From Clostridia bacterium (GTDB taxonomy: Bacteria; Bacillota; Clostridia; UBA1381; UMGS1253): a DNA stretch of 64,000 bases. Positions 9,401 through 18,001 of the stretch are shown here, in pieces; within the stretch, counting starts at the first letter, position 1, and each line of letters begins with the position of its first letter. A model generated the notes under the pieces. That model did no database searches and was not told where the DNA came from. It saw only the letters and a program-made list of their open reading frames with translations. Both the position numbers and the translations under genes were made by a program. The DNA is taken from positions 15,106 to 79,105 of the forward strand of contig JAZNLB010000013.1 in assembly GCA_045578865.1 (NCBI GenBank), in the 5' to 3' direction.

Positions 9401-10422
9401 CGGTAATTCGTATGCTTGAGGATTTGACGGGGATAGATGCCAAGACGATACCGCTGGACGATGAGGATACGCTCAGCTTGTTCGACTCGACCAAGGCGCT
9501 CGGCGTAGCACCGGACGATATCGGCTCCCCCGTCGGAACATTCGGTGTGCCGGAGTTCGGTACGGCATTTGTACGCCAGATGCTTGTGGATACCAAACCG
9601 ACAACCTTTTCCGAACTTTTGCGTATTTCCGGTCTTTCGCACGGTACGGATGTGTGGCTCAACAACGCCCAGGATTACATCCGCGCAGGTACGATTACCT
9701 TAAAAGAGGCCATCTGTACGCGTGACGATATTATGATTTACTTAATTCATATGGGTCTGCCGCCGCAGGATGCCTTTTCGATTATGGAAAAGGTAAGAAA
9801 AGGCAAGGGACTTTCGGCAGAGGATGAGCGACTGATGCGCGAAAACGAGGTGCCGGAATGGTACATCGAGTCGTGTAATAAAATTAAGTATATGTTCCCG
9901 AAAGCGCACGCAGCGGCGTATGTGATGATGGCGTTTAGAATTGCGTGGTATAAGGTGCACAGACCGGTAGAGTATTACTGTGCGTATTTCTCTATCCGTG
10001 CGCTCGGCGCGTTTGATGCGGAATTGATGTGCAACGGCATGGACAATCTGCGCGCGGCGATGCGTGAAATAGATGCGATGGAAAAACCGACGCAAAAAGA
10101 TGCGGATTTGTATACCACAATGGAACTTGTGCGTGAAATGTATGCGCGCGGTTTCGAATTTGCGCCGATAGATTTGTATGCTTCGGATGCGAAAAACTTT
10201 CTGCCGTGTGACGGTAAAATTTTGCCGCCGCTTTCGAGTTTGCCGGGCATCAGTATTGCCATCGGCGAATCGATTGCCGAGGCGCGCACGCAGGGCGAGT
10301 TTACCTCCATTGAAGATTTTGCAACGCGCACAAAAGTGCCGAAAACGGGCGTGGAAACCTTGGAGAGAAACGGTTGCTTTAAGGGCATGAAGGAAAGCAG
10401 TCAGTTGACCTTTGATTTTTAA
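6418..10422 (+). CDS. polC: DNA polymerase III PolC-type
   Basis: OB fold, PHP (ELHVHT, AITDH), exonuclease FDIETTG/HNANFD/HRAVDD, RGSVGSS, Zn finger CPKC..CPEC, PDIDLNF, KLDILG. Confidence 0.98.
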   Translation: MTKVKDIFPDAPGEILDIEIEKINVNKATRVMNILLCGAGDDRSDVAKLIAESFKEKFKLSEALVQYMEKSLSRAQQHAKEREAAILAQLKSESVNRGPSEIIMGKKIKGKLTPLEDIVPEMGRVHTSGEIFDVEFKERRDGAWIVTVDITNKKSSITVKLFCDVPQRGDRAGGTYTKQTPQKEKMEKRLTKGTNIAVNADIVYDKYAGDYVLFANDINELEKIGVKTDDEPQKRVELHVHTQMSAMDGVSSATDLIARAAKWGHKAIAITDHGVVQAFPEAAKAAKKNGIKVLYGVEGYVVDDHQRIVFGAKEASLKDSFVVFDIETTGLSADKCYITEIGAIKVVNGEIYDSFSTFVHPPVSIPQKIVELTGITDAMVADAPEEEEAVRKFMEYCEGSVLVAHNANFDTGFIRAALERMGENFTHTYIDTLELSRKLLTQLKSHKLNIVARHLKIKLENHHRAVDDAFATAQIFVQFLGMLEKRDIQSIGALNTAFGDAIDVRGASSHHIIILAKNYVGLENLYRLISASNLDYYYRQPRMPKSIINKYREGLIVGSACEAGELYQAVFGGKSADVIDAIASFYDYYEIQPLGNNAFMLRDGSVQSKKDLQEVNKKIIALADKHAKPVVATGDVHFLNPEDEVYRRVLMAGKGFDDADLQAPLYLRTTREMLDEFSYLDEETAYRVVVENPNKIADMIEVLEPVKDGTYPPSIEGAKDDIVRMSYETAKKIYGEVLPELVEERIKKELDSIVTYGFSVMYMIAHKLVAKSNSDGYLVGSRGSVGSSFIAFLTGITEVNALPAHYICPKCKHSEFSGDGSGISGCDLPDKYCPECGELYKKDGHDIPFETFLGFKGDKAPDIDLNFSGEYQSVAHKYTEELFGEGYVFRAGTIGTIADKTAFGYVKKYFAERSQVVHSAEIKRITLGCTGVKRTTGQHPGGVIVCPKNLDIHMFTPVQHPAEDPTSDIVTTHFDYHSIHDNLLKLDILGHDDPTVIRMLEDLTGIDAKTIPLDDEDTLSLFDSTKALGVAPDDIGSPVGTFGVPEFGTAFVRQMLVDTKPTTFSELLRISGLSHGTDVWLNNAQDYIRAGTITLKEAICTRDDIMIYLIHMGLPPQDAFSIMEKVRKGKGLSAEDERLMRENEVPEWYIESCNKIKYMFPKAHAAAYVMMAFRIAWYKVHRPVEYYCAYFSIRALGAFDAELMCNGMDNLRAAMREIDAMEKPTQKDADLYTTMELVREMYARGFEFAPIDLYASDAKNFLPCDGKILPPLSSLPGISIAIGESIAEARTQGEFTSIEDFATRTKVPKTGVETLERNGCFKGMKESSQLTFDF

Positions 10423-10481
10423 CCGCAAACACACACAAAGACGCCCTTTCAGGCGGGTTCGCATGGTTAAGGAGAAACAGT

Positions 10482-10955
10482 ATGGTTAAAATTTTATTTG
10501 TATGTTTGGGCAATATCTGCCGCAGCCCGATGGCGGAGTTTCTGATGCGGGACACGGTAGAAAAACTGGGGCGCTCAGACGAATTTGTGATTGCTTCGGC
10601 GGCGACGAGCACTTGGGAACTCGGCAACGGCGTGCACCACGGCACGCGGGAGATTTTACGCTCGAAGGGGATAGATACGGCAGGTAAGCGTGCCGTATTG
10701 CTCACGAAAGAAGACGGCAAGATATACGATTATATTATCGGCATGGAGATGATGAATGTAAAAGACATTTATCGCAGGATAGACAATGCTGATGCACATA
10801 AAGTATGCAGACTTCTGGATTTTACCGATGCGCCGGGCGATATTGCTGACCCGTGGTATACAGGAGATTTTGGGGCGACCTATCGGGATATTGCAAGGGG
10901 AATAGACGGTCTTTTGGCACATATTGATGCGAAAAAAGGAAAGATTGTCAAATGA
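10482..10955 (+). CDS. Low-molecular-weight protein-tyrosine phosphatase
   Basis: VCLGNICRS P-loop and DPWY. Confidence 0.93.
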   Translation: MVKILFVCLGNICRSPMAEFLMRDTVEKLGRSDEFVIASAATSTWELGNGVHHGTREILRSKGIDTAGKRAVLLTKEDGKIYDYIIGMEMMNVKDIYRRIDNADAHKVCRLLDFTDAPGDIADPWYTGDFGATYRDIARGIDGLLAHIDAKKGKIVK

Positions 10956-10973
10956 TGGTGTTTGTAGTATAAT
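10945..10973 (+). promoter_or_regulatory. Sigma-A promoter for galE
   Basis: TTGTCA-17-TATAAT. Confidence 0.65.
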
Positions 10974-11006
10974 CATATACTGTAAGTAAAAGAAAGGATG
11001 ATATAG

Positions 11007-12020
11007 ATGACAGTATTGGTAACAGGTGGTACAGGGTATATCGGTTCGCACACTTGTGTGTTGCTTTTAGAGGCAGGACACGATGTGGTTGTAATTGACA
11101 ATCTGTCCAACAGCAGTGAAAAGTCTTTGGTGCGTGTAGAAGAAATTACGGGCAAAAAGGCAATTTTTTACAAATGCGACATTCTGGATACGGAAGGGAT
11201 GCGAAAGGTGTTTGCTGCACACAAAATTGATGCGGTAATTCATTTTGCGGGGCTTAAAGCTGTTGGCGAATCCGTTGCAATTCCGCTCAAGTACTATGAC
11301 AATAATATCACCGGCACGCTTCGCCTTCTGGAAGTGATGAGCGAGTTTGATGTAAAGAAGATGGTGTTTAGTTCTTCGGCGACGGTGTACGGTGTAACCG
11401 ACAAGATGCCGCTGACAGAAGATTTGCCGACATCTGCAAACAGCCCGTACGGACAGACAAAACTGATGATAGAGCAGATTTTGACCGACCTTTGCGTATC
11501 GGATGAAAGTTGGAAGATTACGCTTTTGCGTTATTTCAATCCGGTCGGTGCACATGAGAGCGGTAAAATCGGCGAAAATCCGCGCGGTATTCCGAATAAC
11601 CTCATGCCGTATATCACTCAGGTGGCTTCGGGTAAACTCGAGCAACTTTCCATTTTCGGTGACGATTATCCGACCAAGGACGGCACGGGTGTGCGTGATT
11701 ATATCCATGTTGTGGATTTGGCGGACGGTCATATAAAGGCACTCGATAAACTTGACAGTCAAAAGGGCGTGGAAATTTATAATCTCGGTACGGGTGTGGG
11801 TTACAGCGTTCTGGATTTGGTGCACGCATTTGAAGAGGCCAATGATTTGAAGATTAACTATAAAATTGCGCCGCGCAGACCGGGCGATGTTACGGTTTGC
11901 TATGCGGATGCGTCCAAAGCAAAGCGCGAACTCGGCTGGAGTGCAAATAAGACGGTTGTGGATATGTGTCGTGATTCGTGGAGATGGCAAAAAAATAACC
12001 CGAACGGCTACGAAGAATAA
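11007..12020 (+). CDS. galE: UDP-glucose 4-epimerase
   Basis: GGTGYIGSH, HFAGLKAVGES, FSSSATVYG, YGQTK, LRYFNPVGAH. Confidence 0.97.
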   Translation: MTVLVTGGTGYIGSHTCVLLLEAGHDVVVIDNLSNSSEKSLVRVEEITGKKAIFYKCDILDTEGMRKVFAAHKIDAVIHFAGLKAVGESVAIPLKYYDNNITGTLRLLEVMSEFDVKKMVFSSSATVYGVTDKMPLTEDLPTSANSPYGQTKLMIEQILTDLCVSDESWKITLLRYFNPVGAHESGKIGENPRGIPNNLMPYITQVASGKLEQLSIFGDDYPTKDGTGVRDYIHVVDLADGHIKALDKLDSQKGVEIYNLGTGVGYSVLDLVHAFEEANDLKINYKIAPRRPGDVTVCYADASKAKRELGWSANKTVVDMCRDSWRWQKNNPNGYEE

Positions 12021-12043
12021 GGGGTTTGACTCCTCTCAGCTTA
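12019..12043 (+). repeat. tRNA/tmRNA T-arm-like 25-bp repeat, copy 1
   Basis: aaggggtttgactcctctcagctta; 20/25 identical to the reverse complement of 14403-14427. Confidence 0.45.
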
Positions 12044-12091
12044 GGCTTATGAAAGGCGTGCTAAATCATTAAAAAATAAGGAGAATGTGTT

Positions 12092-12583
12092 TTGAACGCA
12101 ATGCTTGCTTTTTTTACACAGACTTTTATAGGAAAAATATTAACTACACTGATTGTATCCATGGTGCCGGTAGTTGAATTGCGCGGTGCGATTCCGATTG
12201 GAGTAGGGCTTGGCTTGCCGTATGGGCTTGCTGTGCTTGTATCTGTGATCGGCAACATTATTCCGGTGCCGTTTATCATCATTTTTATTAAAAAGATTTT
12301 TGTCTGGATGCGAAAGGTGTTGCCGAAGCTGGATGGTATGGTCTCTGCATTGGAGACGCGCGCTGAAAAACATCGTGGCACCGTAGAAAAATATGCATTC
12401 TGGGGGTTGTTTGTTTTGGTGGCAATTCCGCTTCCGGGTACGGGCGCGTGGACAGGTGCACTTGTGGCGGCGATGATGGATATGCCGCTGAAAAAAGGCT
12501 TTCCGTCCGTGGTGCTCGGCGTTTTCGGCGCAGCGGTGATTGTAACGGCAGTTACATTTTTTGGATTTTCAGTTTTGGGTTAG
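12092..12583 (+). CDS. COG2426 'small multi-drug export' family membrane protein
   Basis: SMVPVVELRGAIP, GNIIPVP, FVLVAIPLPGTGAWTG. Confidence 0.9.
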   Translation: MNAMLAFFTQTFIGKILTTLIVSMVPVVELRGAIPIGVGLGLPYGLAVLVSVIGNIIPVPFIIIFIKKIFVWMRKVLPKLDGMVSALETRAEKHRGTVEKYAFWGLFVLVAIPLPGTGAWTGALVAAMMDMPLKKGFPSVVLGVFGAAVIVTAVTFFGFSVLG

Positions 12584-12717
12584 AGGTGTACGAATATGAC
12601 CAACGCCAAACAGCGTTGGTCATATGAATTTGTATAGAGAGATGGAAAGCAGGTTTATTTGTCGCACATTTGCTGCGTGATGAAAATACATGAGAAGGCA
12701 GCTTAGACAAGAAAACA

Positions 12718-12746
12718 TTGACAGAACTGCATATTTTTTGTATAAT
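12718..12746 (+). promoter_or_regulatory. Perfect sigma-A promoter for NhaC-family gene
   Basis: TTGACA-17-TATAAT. Confidence 0.85.
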
Positions 12747-12809
12747 AATGAGGAATTATGTGCAAATATACATTTTGTACAAAACAAAAGAATAAAGGGG
12801 TTTTTAGGT

Positions 12810-14405
12810 ATGAAGAAAAAGACAATCGTCGGTATTGTTTTGGCAGTGCTGGCAGTTGCAATCGTTGCGGCGTTGTCCGTAATGGTAAATAACGGTGCCG
12901 CAGAAGGCAGCCGTTATGCGGCAACATTTATGGCGCTTTTGCCGCCGGTAATCGCAATCGGTCTTGCGCTGATTACGAAAGAGGTATATTCCTCTCTGTT
13001 TGTAGGTATTGTATTTGGTGCATTATTTGCAGCAAACTACAAACCGCTCGGTGCAATGGACTATCTTCTCAATGACGGTGTCGTTGGTGCGGTATCCGGT
13101 CTTGCAGGTATTTTCGTATTCCTCGTAGTGCTCGGCATCATCGTTGCGCTTGTAAATAAAGCAGGCGGCAGCGCAGCATTCGGCGCATGGGCAAAAAAGA
13201 ACATCAAGAGCCGTACGGGTGCGATGTTGGCTACTTTTGTGCTCGGCGTACTTATCTTTATTGATGACTATTTTAACTGCCTCACCGTTGGTTCGGTTAT
13301 GCGTCCGGTAGCGGATTCTCACAAGATTTCCAGAGCAAAACTTTCCTACATCATTGATGCAACGGCTGCACCGATTTGTATGATTGCGCCGATTTCCTCC
13401 TGGGCGGCTGCAGTGGCAGGTTATGCACCGGAAGGGCAGGGCCTTTCGTTGTTTATTCAGGCAATTCCGTACAATTTCTATTCGCTTTTGACACTCGTGT
13501 TCGTTGTGGCTATTGCGTTGATGAAGTTTGACTTCGGTCCGATGAAACTGCATGAAAAGAACGCACTTGAACTCGGCGATTTGTATACTTGCGGCGACAG
13601 AGCGGAAAGCGAAAAGGTTGAGCCGAATGCGAAGGGTAAAGTTATTGATTTGCTTTTCCCGATTATCGTGTTGATTGCGGTTTGCGTATTTGCTCTTGTA
13701 TATGTTGGCGGAATTTTGGATGGTGCATCTTTCATTGATGCCTTTGCAAATACCGATGCAACCGTTGGTCTGCCGTGGGGCGGTATTATTGCACTTCTAA
13801 TTACAATCATCTACCTCGTTGCAAGGCGTATTGTAACACTGAAAGAAGCAATGGATTGTATTCCGAAGGGCTTTATCGCAATGGTACCGGCAATTATCAT
13901 TTTGACATTTGCTACGGCGCTTAAGAATATGACAGGTCTTTTAGGTGCAGATGCCTATGTTGCAGGTTTGATGGAAGGCGCGGCTGAAGGCCTTGCAAAC
14001 TTCCTACCGGCAATCATCTTCCTGGTAGCGTGCTTTTTGGCATTCTCCACGGGTACATCCTGGGGTACTTTCGGTATCCTTATCCCGATTGTTGTTGCTA
14101 TTTTCCCAGCAGGCAGTGAAATGCTCATTATCGGCATGTCCGCTTGTCTTGCAGGTGCGGTTTGCGGTGACCACTGCTCGCCGATTTCCGATACTACGAT
14201 TATGTCCTCGGCAGGCGCAGAGTGCAACCACTTAAACCATGTATCCACACAGATGCCGTACGCAATCTTTGTTGCTGCGATTTCTTTTGTAGGCTACATT
14301 ATCGCCGGCTTCGTTCAGAACTGGATGATTGTACTGCCGATTATGGTTGTAGTAATGATTGTTGCGTTGTTTGTTACAAAGGCAATTACAAAGAAGGCTG
14401 CATAA
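12810..14405 (+). CDS. NhaC-family Na+/H+ antiporter or amino-acid transporter
   Basis: LLPPVIAI, FIDDYFNCL, DATAAP, PISSW, FSTGTSWGTF, GDHCSPISDTTIMSS. Confidence 0.9.
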   Translation: MKKKTIVGIVLAVLAVAIVAALSVMVNNGAAEGSRYAATFMALLPPVIAIGLALITKEVYSSLFVGIVFGALFAANYKPLGAMDYLLNDGVVGAVSGLAGIFVFLVVLGIIVALVNKAGGSAAFGAWAKKNIKSRTGAMLATFVLGVLIFIDDYFNCLTVGSVMRPVADSHKISRAKLSYIIDATAAPICMIAPISSWAAAVAGYAPEGQGLSLFIQAIPYNFYSLLTLVFVVAIALMKFDFGPMKLHEKNALELGDLYTCGDRAESEKVEPNAKGKVIDLLFPIIVLIAVCVFALVYVGGILDGASFIDAFANTDATVGLPWGGIIALLITIIYLVARRIVTLKEAMDCIPKGFIAMVPAIIILTFATALKNMTGLLGADAYVAGLMEGAAEGLANFLPAIIFLVACFLAFSTGTSWGTFGILIPIVVAIFPAGSEMLIIGMSACLAGAVCGDHCSPISDTTIMSSAGAECNHLNHVSTQMPYAIFVAAISFVGYIIAGFVQNWMIVLPIMVVVMIVALFVTKAITKKAA

Positions 14406-14427
14406 GCCGAGGGGAGTTGAACCCCTC
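14403..14427 (-). repeat. tRNA/tmRNA T-arm-like 25-bp repeat, copy 2 (inverted)
   Basis: Reverse complement reads gaggggttcaactcccctcggctta. Confidence 0.45.
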
Positions 14428-14428
14428 A

Positions 14429-14541
14429 GGGTTTAAAAAGGCAAATTCAGCGAAATACTGCGGAAAAATTTATATACATACGAGGGGTATGCACAAAAAT
14501 TTTATCCTTGTCTTTCATCCGAATTTTCTATTTTTAAACTC
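14429..14541 (-). repeat. Long imperfect palindromic intergenic repeat (CAAGG...ATAC-loop-GTAT...CGCAG family)
   Basis: Ends gggtttaaaaa/tttttaaactc pair; central catac-gagg-g-gtatg hairpin. Confidence 0.6.
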
Positions 14542-14660
14542 GCAGACCCTATACGCAGAGAAATGATTGTCCTTTGGCTGCGTAAGGGCGAAGCAAGGCT
14601 GGCGCCTTGCGCGTCTTCCGTACCCCAAACCTATCGCAAACTCATCCCTTGCAGGTCGCA

Positions 14661-14770
14661 GAATTCAAACGGTGCGGAAATGGGATGATTTCAAGGTAAA
14701 AACACAGGAAATACGATTGTATTTCCGAGTATTTTAACGAAGAAAGCGCACATTTGCGTTCGTTTGAATC
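14661..14770 (+). repeat. Second long imperfect palindromic repeat of the same family
   Basis: attcaaacg/cgtttgaat ends; caagg-taaaa..ggaaatac-gatt-gtatttcc..tttta-acgaag core. Confidence 0.6.
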
Positions 14771-14815
14771 GAGTTCGTATGTGTGCGTTGTGGTTAAGTT
14801 TAAAGAAAAACAGAT

Positions 14816-14853
14816 AAAAAGGGGAAGTAAAACTCAGTTTTACTTCCCCTTTT
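14816..14853. terminator. Bidirectional terminator downstream of gltX
   Basis: aaaaggggaagtaaaact-c-agttttacttcccctttt. Confidence 0.85.
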
Positions 14854-14858
14854 GGTGT

Positions 14859-16307
14859 TTATGAAAGTTTTTCAATACCCTTTTTGATACGCGCAATCGT
14901 TTCTTCCTTGCCGAGAAGCTCAGCAATTTCCACACCGCCGCCCGGTGTAAATTTCTTGCCGGATACCGCCACGCGAAGCGGGAACAAAATCACGCCGTTC
15001 TTTACGCCTAAGGTTTCGATGAGCGCAAAGAGTGCATCGTGGATGGTATCGTGTGTCCACTCGGTCAAACCTTCTAAAACCGGCAGCGTCTTTTCGAGTG
15101 CATCTTTGGAAACTTCTTCGTTGGTTTTCATCTTTTTGTTGACATACAGTTCTGTATCGTAATCGCACAGCTCGTCAATAAAGTCGATGTTTTCCGGAAT
15201 ATCGGAGAATTTTTCCGTGCGGTCGTGGAGCAGCGCAGACAAAAGTGCGTAGTCCACATCGCGCTTGATTTGCTTGTAGTACCCCATTGCCTTTTCGGTA
15301 AACTCTTCCATGGTGAGTTTGCGTATGTATTCTGCGTTCATCCAGTTGAGTTTGTTGACATCGAAAATCGCCGGAGATTTGCTGATGCCGGAAACATCGA
15401 AGGCTTTTACAAGTTCATCGAGCGTAAAGATTTCCTGCTCTGTACCCGGGCTCCAGCCAAGCAGTGCAATGTAGTTGATGATGGCATCTTTTAAATAACC
15501 CTTATTGATAAAGTCTTCATAGGAAGCATCGCCCTCACGCTTGGAGAGTTTCTTTTGGGCATCCTTCATCACCGGAGAACAGTGGATGTATTTGGGGATT
15601 TCCCAGCCAAATGCTTCGTATAGAAGATTATACTTCGGTGTGGAGGAAAGATACTCGCTGCCGCGGATAACATGCGTAATGCCCATCAGATGGTCGTCTA
15701 CCACATTCGCAAAATTGTAGGTCGGCAGACCGTCCGCCTTTAAAAGAATGTTGTCGTCGAGCGTAGAATTTTCTACGGTAATATCGCCGAATACTTCATC
15801 GTGGAAAGAAGTTGTGCCTTCCTGCGGAATTTTCTGGCGGATAACATACGGCACGCCGCTTGCCAGTTTTTCGGCAATTTCTTCCTTGGACAGTTTAGAG
15901 CAGTGGCCGTCATACTTCGGCGGTACTTTCGATGCTGTCTGAATGGCGCGCAGTTCCTCTAAGCGGTCTTTGTCGCAGAAGCAGTAGTATGCTGCGCCTT
16001 TCTCTACGAGTTCTTCGGCATATTTTTTATACATACCGCGTCGCTCACTCTGGATGTACGGGCCGCAGCCGCCGTCTTTATCCGGACCTTCGTCATGTAC
16101 AAGACCGGTGTCGGCGAGCGTTTTGTAAATCAAATCCACCGCACCTTCCACATAACGCTCCTGGTCGGTGTCCTCAATTCTTAAAATAAATGTTCCCTCA
16201 TCGCTCGAGCGCGCCAGAAGCCATGCATACAATGCGGTTCTTAAATTGCCGATGTGCATATAGCCTGTCGGGCTTGGCGCAAAGCGGGTTCTTACTTTGT
16301 TTGCCAT
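14859..16307 (-). CDS. gltX: Glutamate--tRNA ligase
   Basis: [34 protein letters not shown]. Confidence 0.97.
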   Translation of the reverse strand: MANKVRTRFAPSPTGYMHIGNLRTALYAWLLARSSDEGTFILRIEDTDQERYVEGAVDLIYKTLADTGLVHDEGPDKDGGCGPYIQSERRGMYKKYAEELVEKGAAYYCFCDKDRLEELRAIQTASKVPPKYDGHCSKLSKEEIAEKLASGVPYVIRQKIPQEGTTSFHDEVFGDITVENSTLDDNILLKADGLPTYNFANVVDDHLMGITHVIRGSEYLSSTPKYNLLYEAFGWEIPKYIHCSPVMKDAQKKLSKREGDASYEDFINKGYLKDAIINYIALLGWSPGTEQEIFTLDELVKAFDVSGISKSPAIFDVNKLNWMNAEYIRKLTMEEFTEKAMGYYKQIKRDVDYALLSALLHDRTEKFSDIPENIDFIDELCDYDTELYVNKKMKTNEEVSKDALEKTLPVLEGLTEWTHDTIHDALFALIETLGVKNGVILFPLRVAVSGKKFTPGGGVEIAELLGKEETIARIKKGIEKLS

Positions 16308-16346
16308 AGTTTTCAGCCTCACTGTTTCATATTTTTCATCTTATAT

Positions 16347-16375
16347 ATTATAATTGTTGTAAAAAGTATTGTCAA
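16347..16375 (-). promoter_or_regulatory. Perfect sigma-A promoter for gltX (-35 overlaps the deoR stop codon)
   Basis: Reverse complement TTGACA-17-TATAAT. Confidence 0.8.
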
Positions 16376-17127
16376 TATAAACTTATACCTTTGCCTGCCA
16401 GTGCATCGGCAAGCTCAGGCGGCACAGGCGCATCGGTTACGATGCAGTCGGCCGCATCAATGCCGGAAACTTTGGAAAATGCACTGCGCTCCATTTTTGT
16501 GGAATCCGCCACGACGATACAGGTGTCCGACTGTTCAATCATAGCCTTATCGACCTGCGTTTCTTCAGCATAGAAGGTGGAAAGTCCGTTTTGTATTTCA
16601 ATACCGTCCACCGACAAAATCAGTTTGTCCGCATGATATTTTTTTAAAATCTCCGTAGCGTCTTCGCCGTGCGTGAACTGGTATTTTGAATTGATGCTGC
16701 CGCCGATTAAGACGATATTGTAATTCGGGTTTGACGAGCCTTCCAATGCGATGGAGATGGAGTTGGTTACGATATTTAAATTGTAGTCCGGCGGGAGATT
16801 TCGAAAGACGAGAAGGGTGGTCGTGCCGGCGTTAAACATCACCGTGTCATTGGGTTTAATCAGACGCGCTGCTTTTTTTGCGATAGAGTCTTTCGAGGCG
16901 CGGTTGGTTTCCAAACGCTGATTTAAATTCATACTGTAATAAGGGCGGTAGGAAAAAACGGCGCCGCCGTGCACCTTGGTTAAAAGCCCTTTGCTTTCCA
17001 TATCCGTTAAATAGTTTCGCACCGTTACTTCGGACACGCCGAGCGCCTTGGAAAGTGAACTTACGCGCACTGAACCGTGTTTTTTTAGCATTTCCAGTAT
17101 TTTGGTTTTTCTTTTCTCGGTTTTCAA
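16372..17127 (-). CDS. DeoR/GlpR family transcriptional regulator
   Basis: HTH VSEVTVRNYL..KVHGGA; sensor domain GTTT, VTNS, IGG, VADSTK, IVTD; TTG start with RBS ggagg. Confidence 0.93.
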   Translation of the reverse strand: MKTEKRKTKILEMLKKHGSVRVSSLSKALGVSEVTVRNYLTDMESKGLLTKVHGGAVFSYRPYYSMNLNQRLETNRASKDSIAKKAARLIKPNDTVMFNAGTTTLLVFRNLPPDYNLNIVTNSISIALEGSSNPNYNIVLIGGSINSKYQFTHGEDATEILKKYHADKLILSVDGIEIQNGLSTFYAEETQVDKAMIEQSDTCIVVADSTKMERSAFSKVSGIDAADCIVTDAPVPPELADALAGKGISLY

Positions 17128-17147
17128 AAAGCATCCCTCCTATGTGT

Positions 17148-17176
17148 ATTTTAAGAGGTTATTATTACTTTGTCAA
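17148..17176 (-). promoter_or_regulatory. Sigma-A promoter for deoR
   Basis: Reverse complement TTGACA-17-TAAAAT. Confidence 0.7.
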
Positions 17177-17179
17177 TGG

Positions 17180-17201
17180 AAAAACTTTCGAAAAACTTTC
17201 G
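17180..17201. promoter_or_regulatory. Putative DeoR operator (tandem AAAAACTTTCG)
   Basis: Exact 11-bp tandem repeat containing a tttcgaaa palindrome, between divergent promoters. Confidence 0.55.
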
Positions 17202-17237
17202 ATTTTAATAAAAAAGAAAATAAATGATAAAAAAGAA

Positions 17238-17266
17238 TTGACAATAAGCTGCAATCTTGATACCAT
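17238..17266 (+). promoter_or_regulatory. Sigma-A promoter for TIM-SIS-YjbQ operon
   Basis: TTGACA-17-TACCAT with extended -10 TG. Confidence 0.7.
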
Positions 17267-17299
17267 AAAGATGCAAAAAAGACAGAGGGAGGCATGAAA

Positions 17300-18001
17300 A
17301 TGTTAAAGGGACACGGTATCAAACCGCCGTTTTTTGAAGTTGGCCCGAAAGCGATTATTTACGGCGAGGCCATGCTCAAACTGGCGAAGGTGATTGATAA
17401 AACCGCTATGAAATACGATGTGGATGTTATTGTAACACCGCAGTATACGGATATTTCGCTCTTAGCAAACAACACGGAGAGAATTTTTGTATTTGCTCAG
17501 CACATGGATGCGTTGAAGCCGGGCAGAGGTCTGGGCAGCGTATTGCCGGAGGCAGTAGCGGCAGCCGGCGCAAAGGGTGTAATGCTTAACCATGCAGAAA
17601 AACCGCTTACGCTGGATGTGATTGAACAAACCATCCGTCGTGCAGAAGAGGTTGGTTTGGCAACGATTGTTTGCGCTGACACCATCGAAGATGTAATGAC
17701 GATTGCAAAGATGGCGCCGGATATGATTGTGGCAGAGCCGACAGAACTTATCGGTACGGGCACAACGAGCGACTCGAATTATGTTGTGGAAACCATCCGC
17801 GCCGTAAAGGAAATCAACGAAGATATTATGGTGCTGCAAGGCGCAGGTATCTCCAACGGTCAGGATGTGTACAATACCATCAAACTCGGTGCACAGGCAA
17901 CGGGTTCGACGAGCGGTATTTTAAAGGCGGACGACCCGTATGCGATGGTGGAGGAAATGCTTTATAACCTCAGAAAGGCATGGGATGAATTGCATGTGTG
18001 A
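17300..18001 (+). CDS. Triose-phosphate isomerase family protein, archaeal-type (probably a non-glycolytic paralog)
   Basis: VGPK, FAQH, LNHAEK, VAEPTELIGTG, GAGIS; about 233 aa; alternative start 17294. Confidence 0.88.
   Translation: MLKGHGIKPPFFEVGPKAIIYGEAMLKLAKVIDKTAMKYDVDVIVTPQYTDISLLANNTERIFVFAQHMDALKPGRGLGSVLPEAVAAAGAKGVMLNHAEKPLTLDVIEQTIRRAEEVGLATIVCADTIEDVMTIAKMAPDMIVAEPTELIGTGTTSDSNYVVETIRAVKEINEDIMVLQGAGISNGQDVYNTIKLGAQATGSTSGILKADDPYAMVEEMLYNLRKAWDELHV

Noticed and set aside
12581-12720. Lysine riboswitch before the NhaC-family gene (AGAGGTG start)
   Set aside because: Downstream consensus elements are not recognisable, and the segment lies upstream of the perfect promoter, so it would not be in the leader.
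14403-14430. tRNA or tmRNA gene
   Set aside because: Only a T-arm-like piece is present; there is no D arm, anticodon arm or CCA end.
16308-16371. T-box leader for gltX
   Set aside because: The promoter is about 40 nt from the start codon, leaving no room, and no T-box sequence is present.
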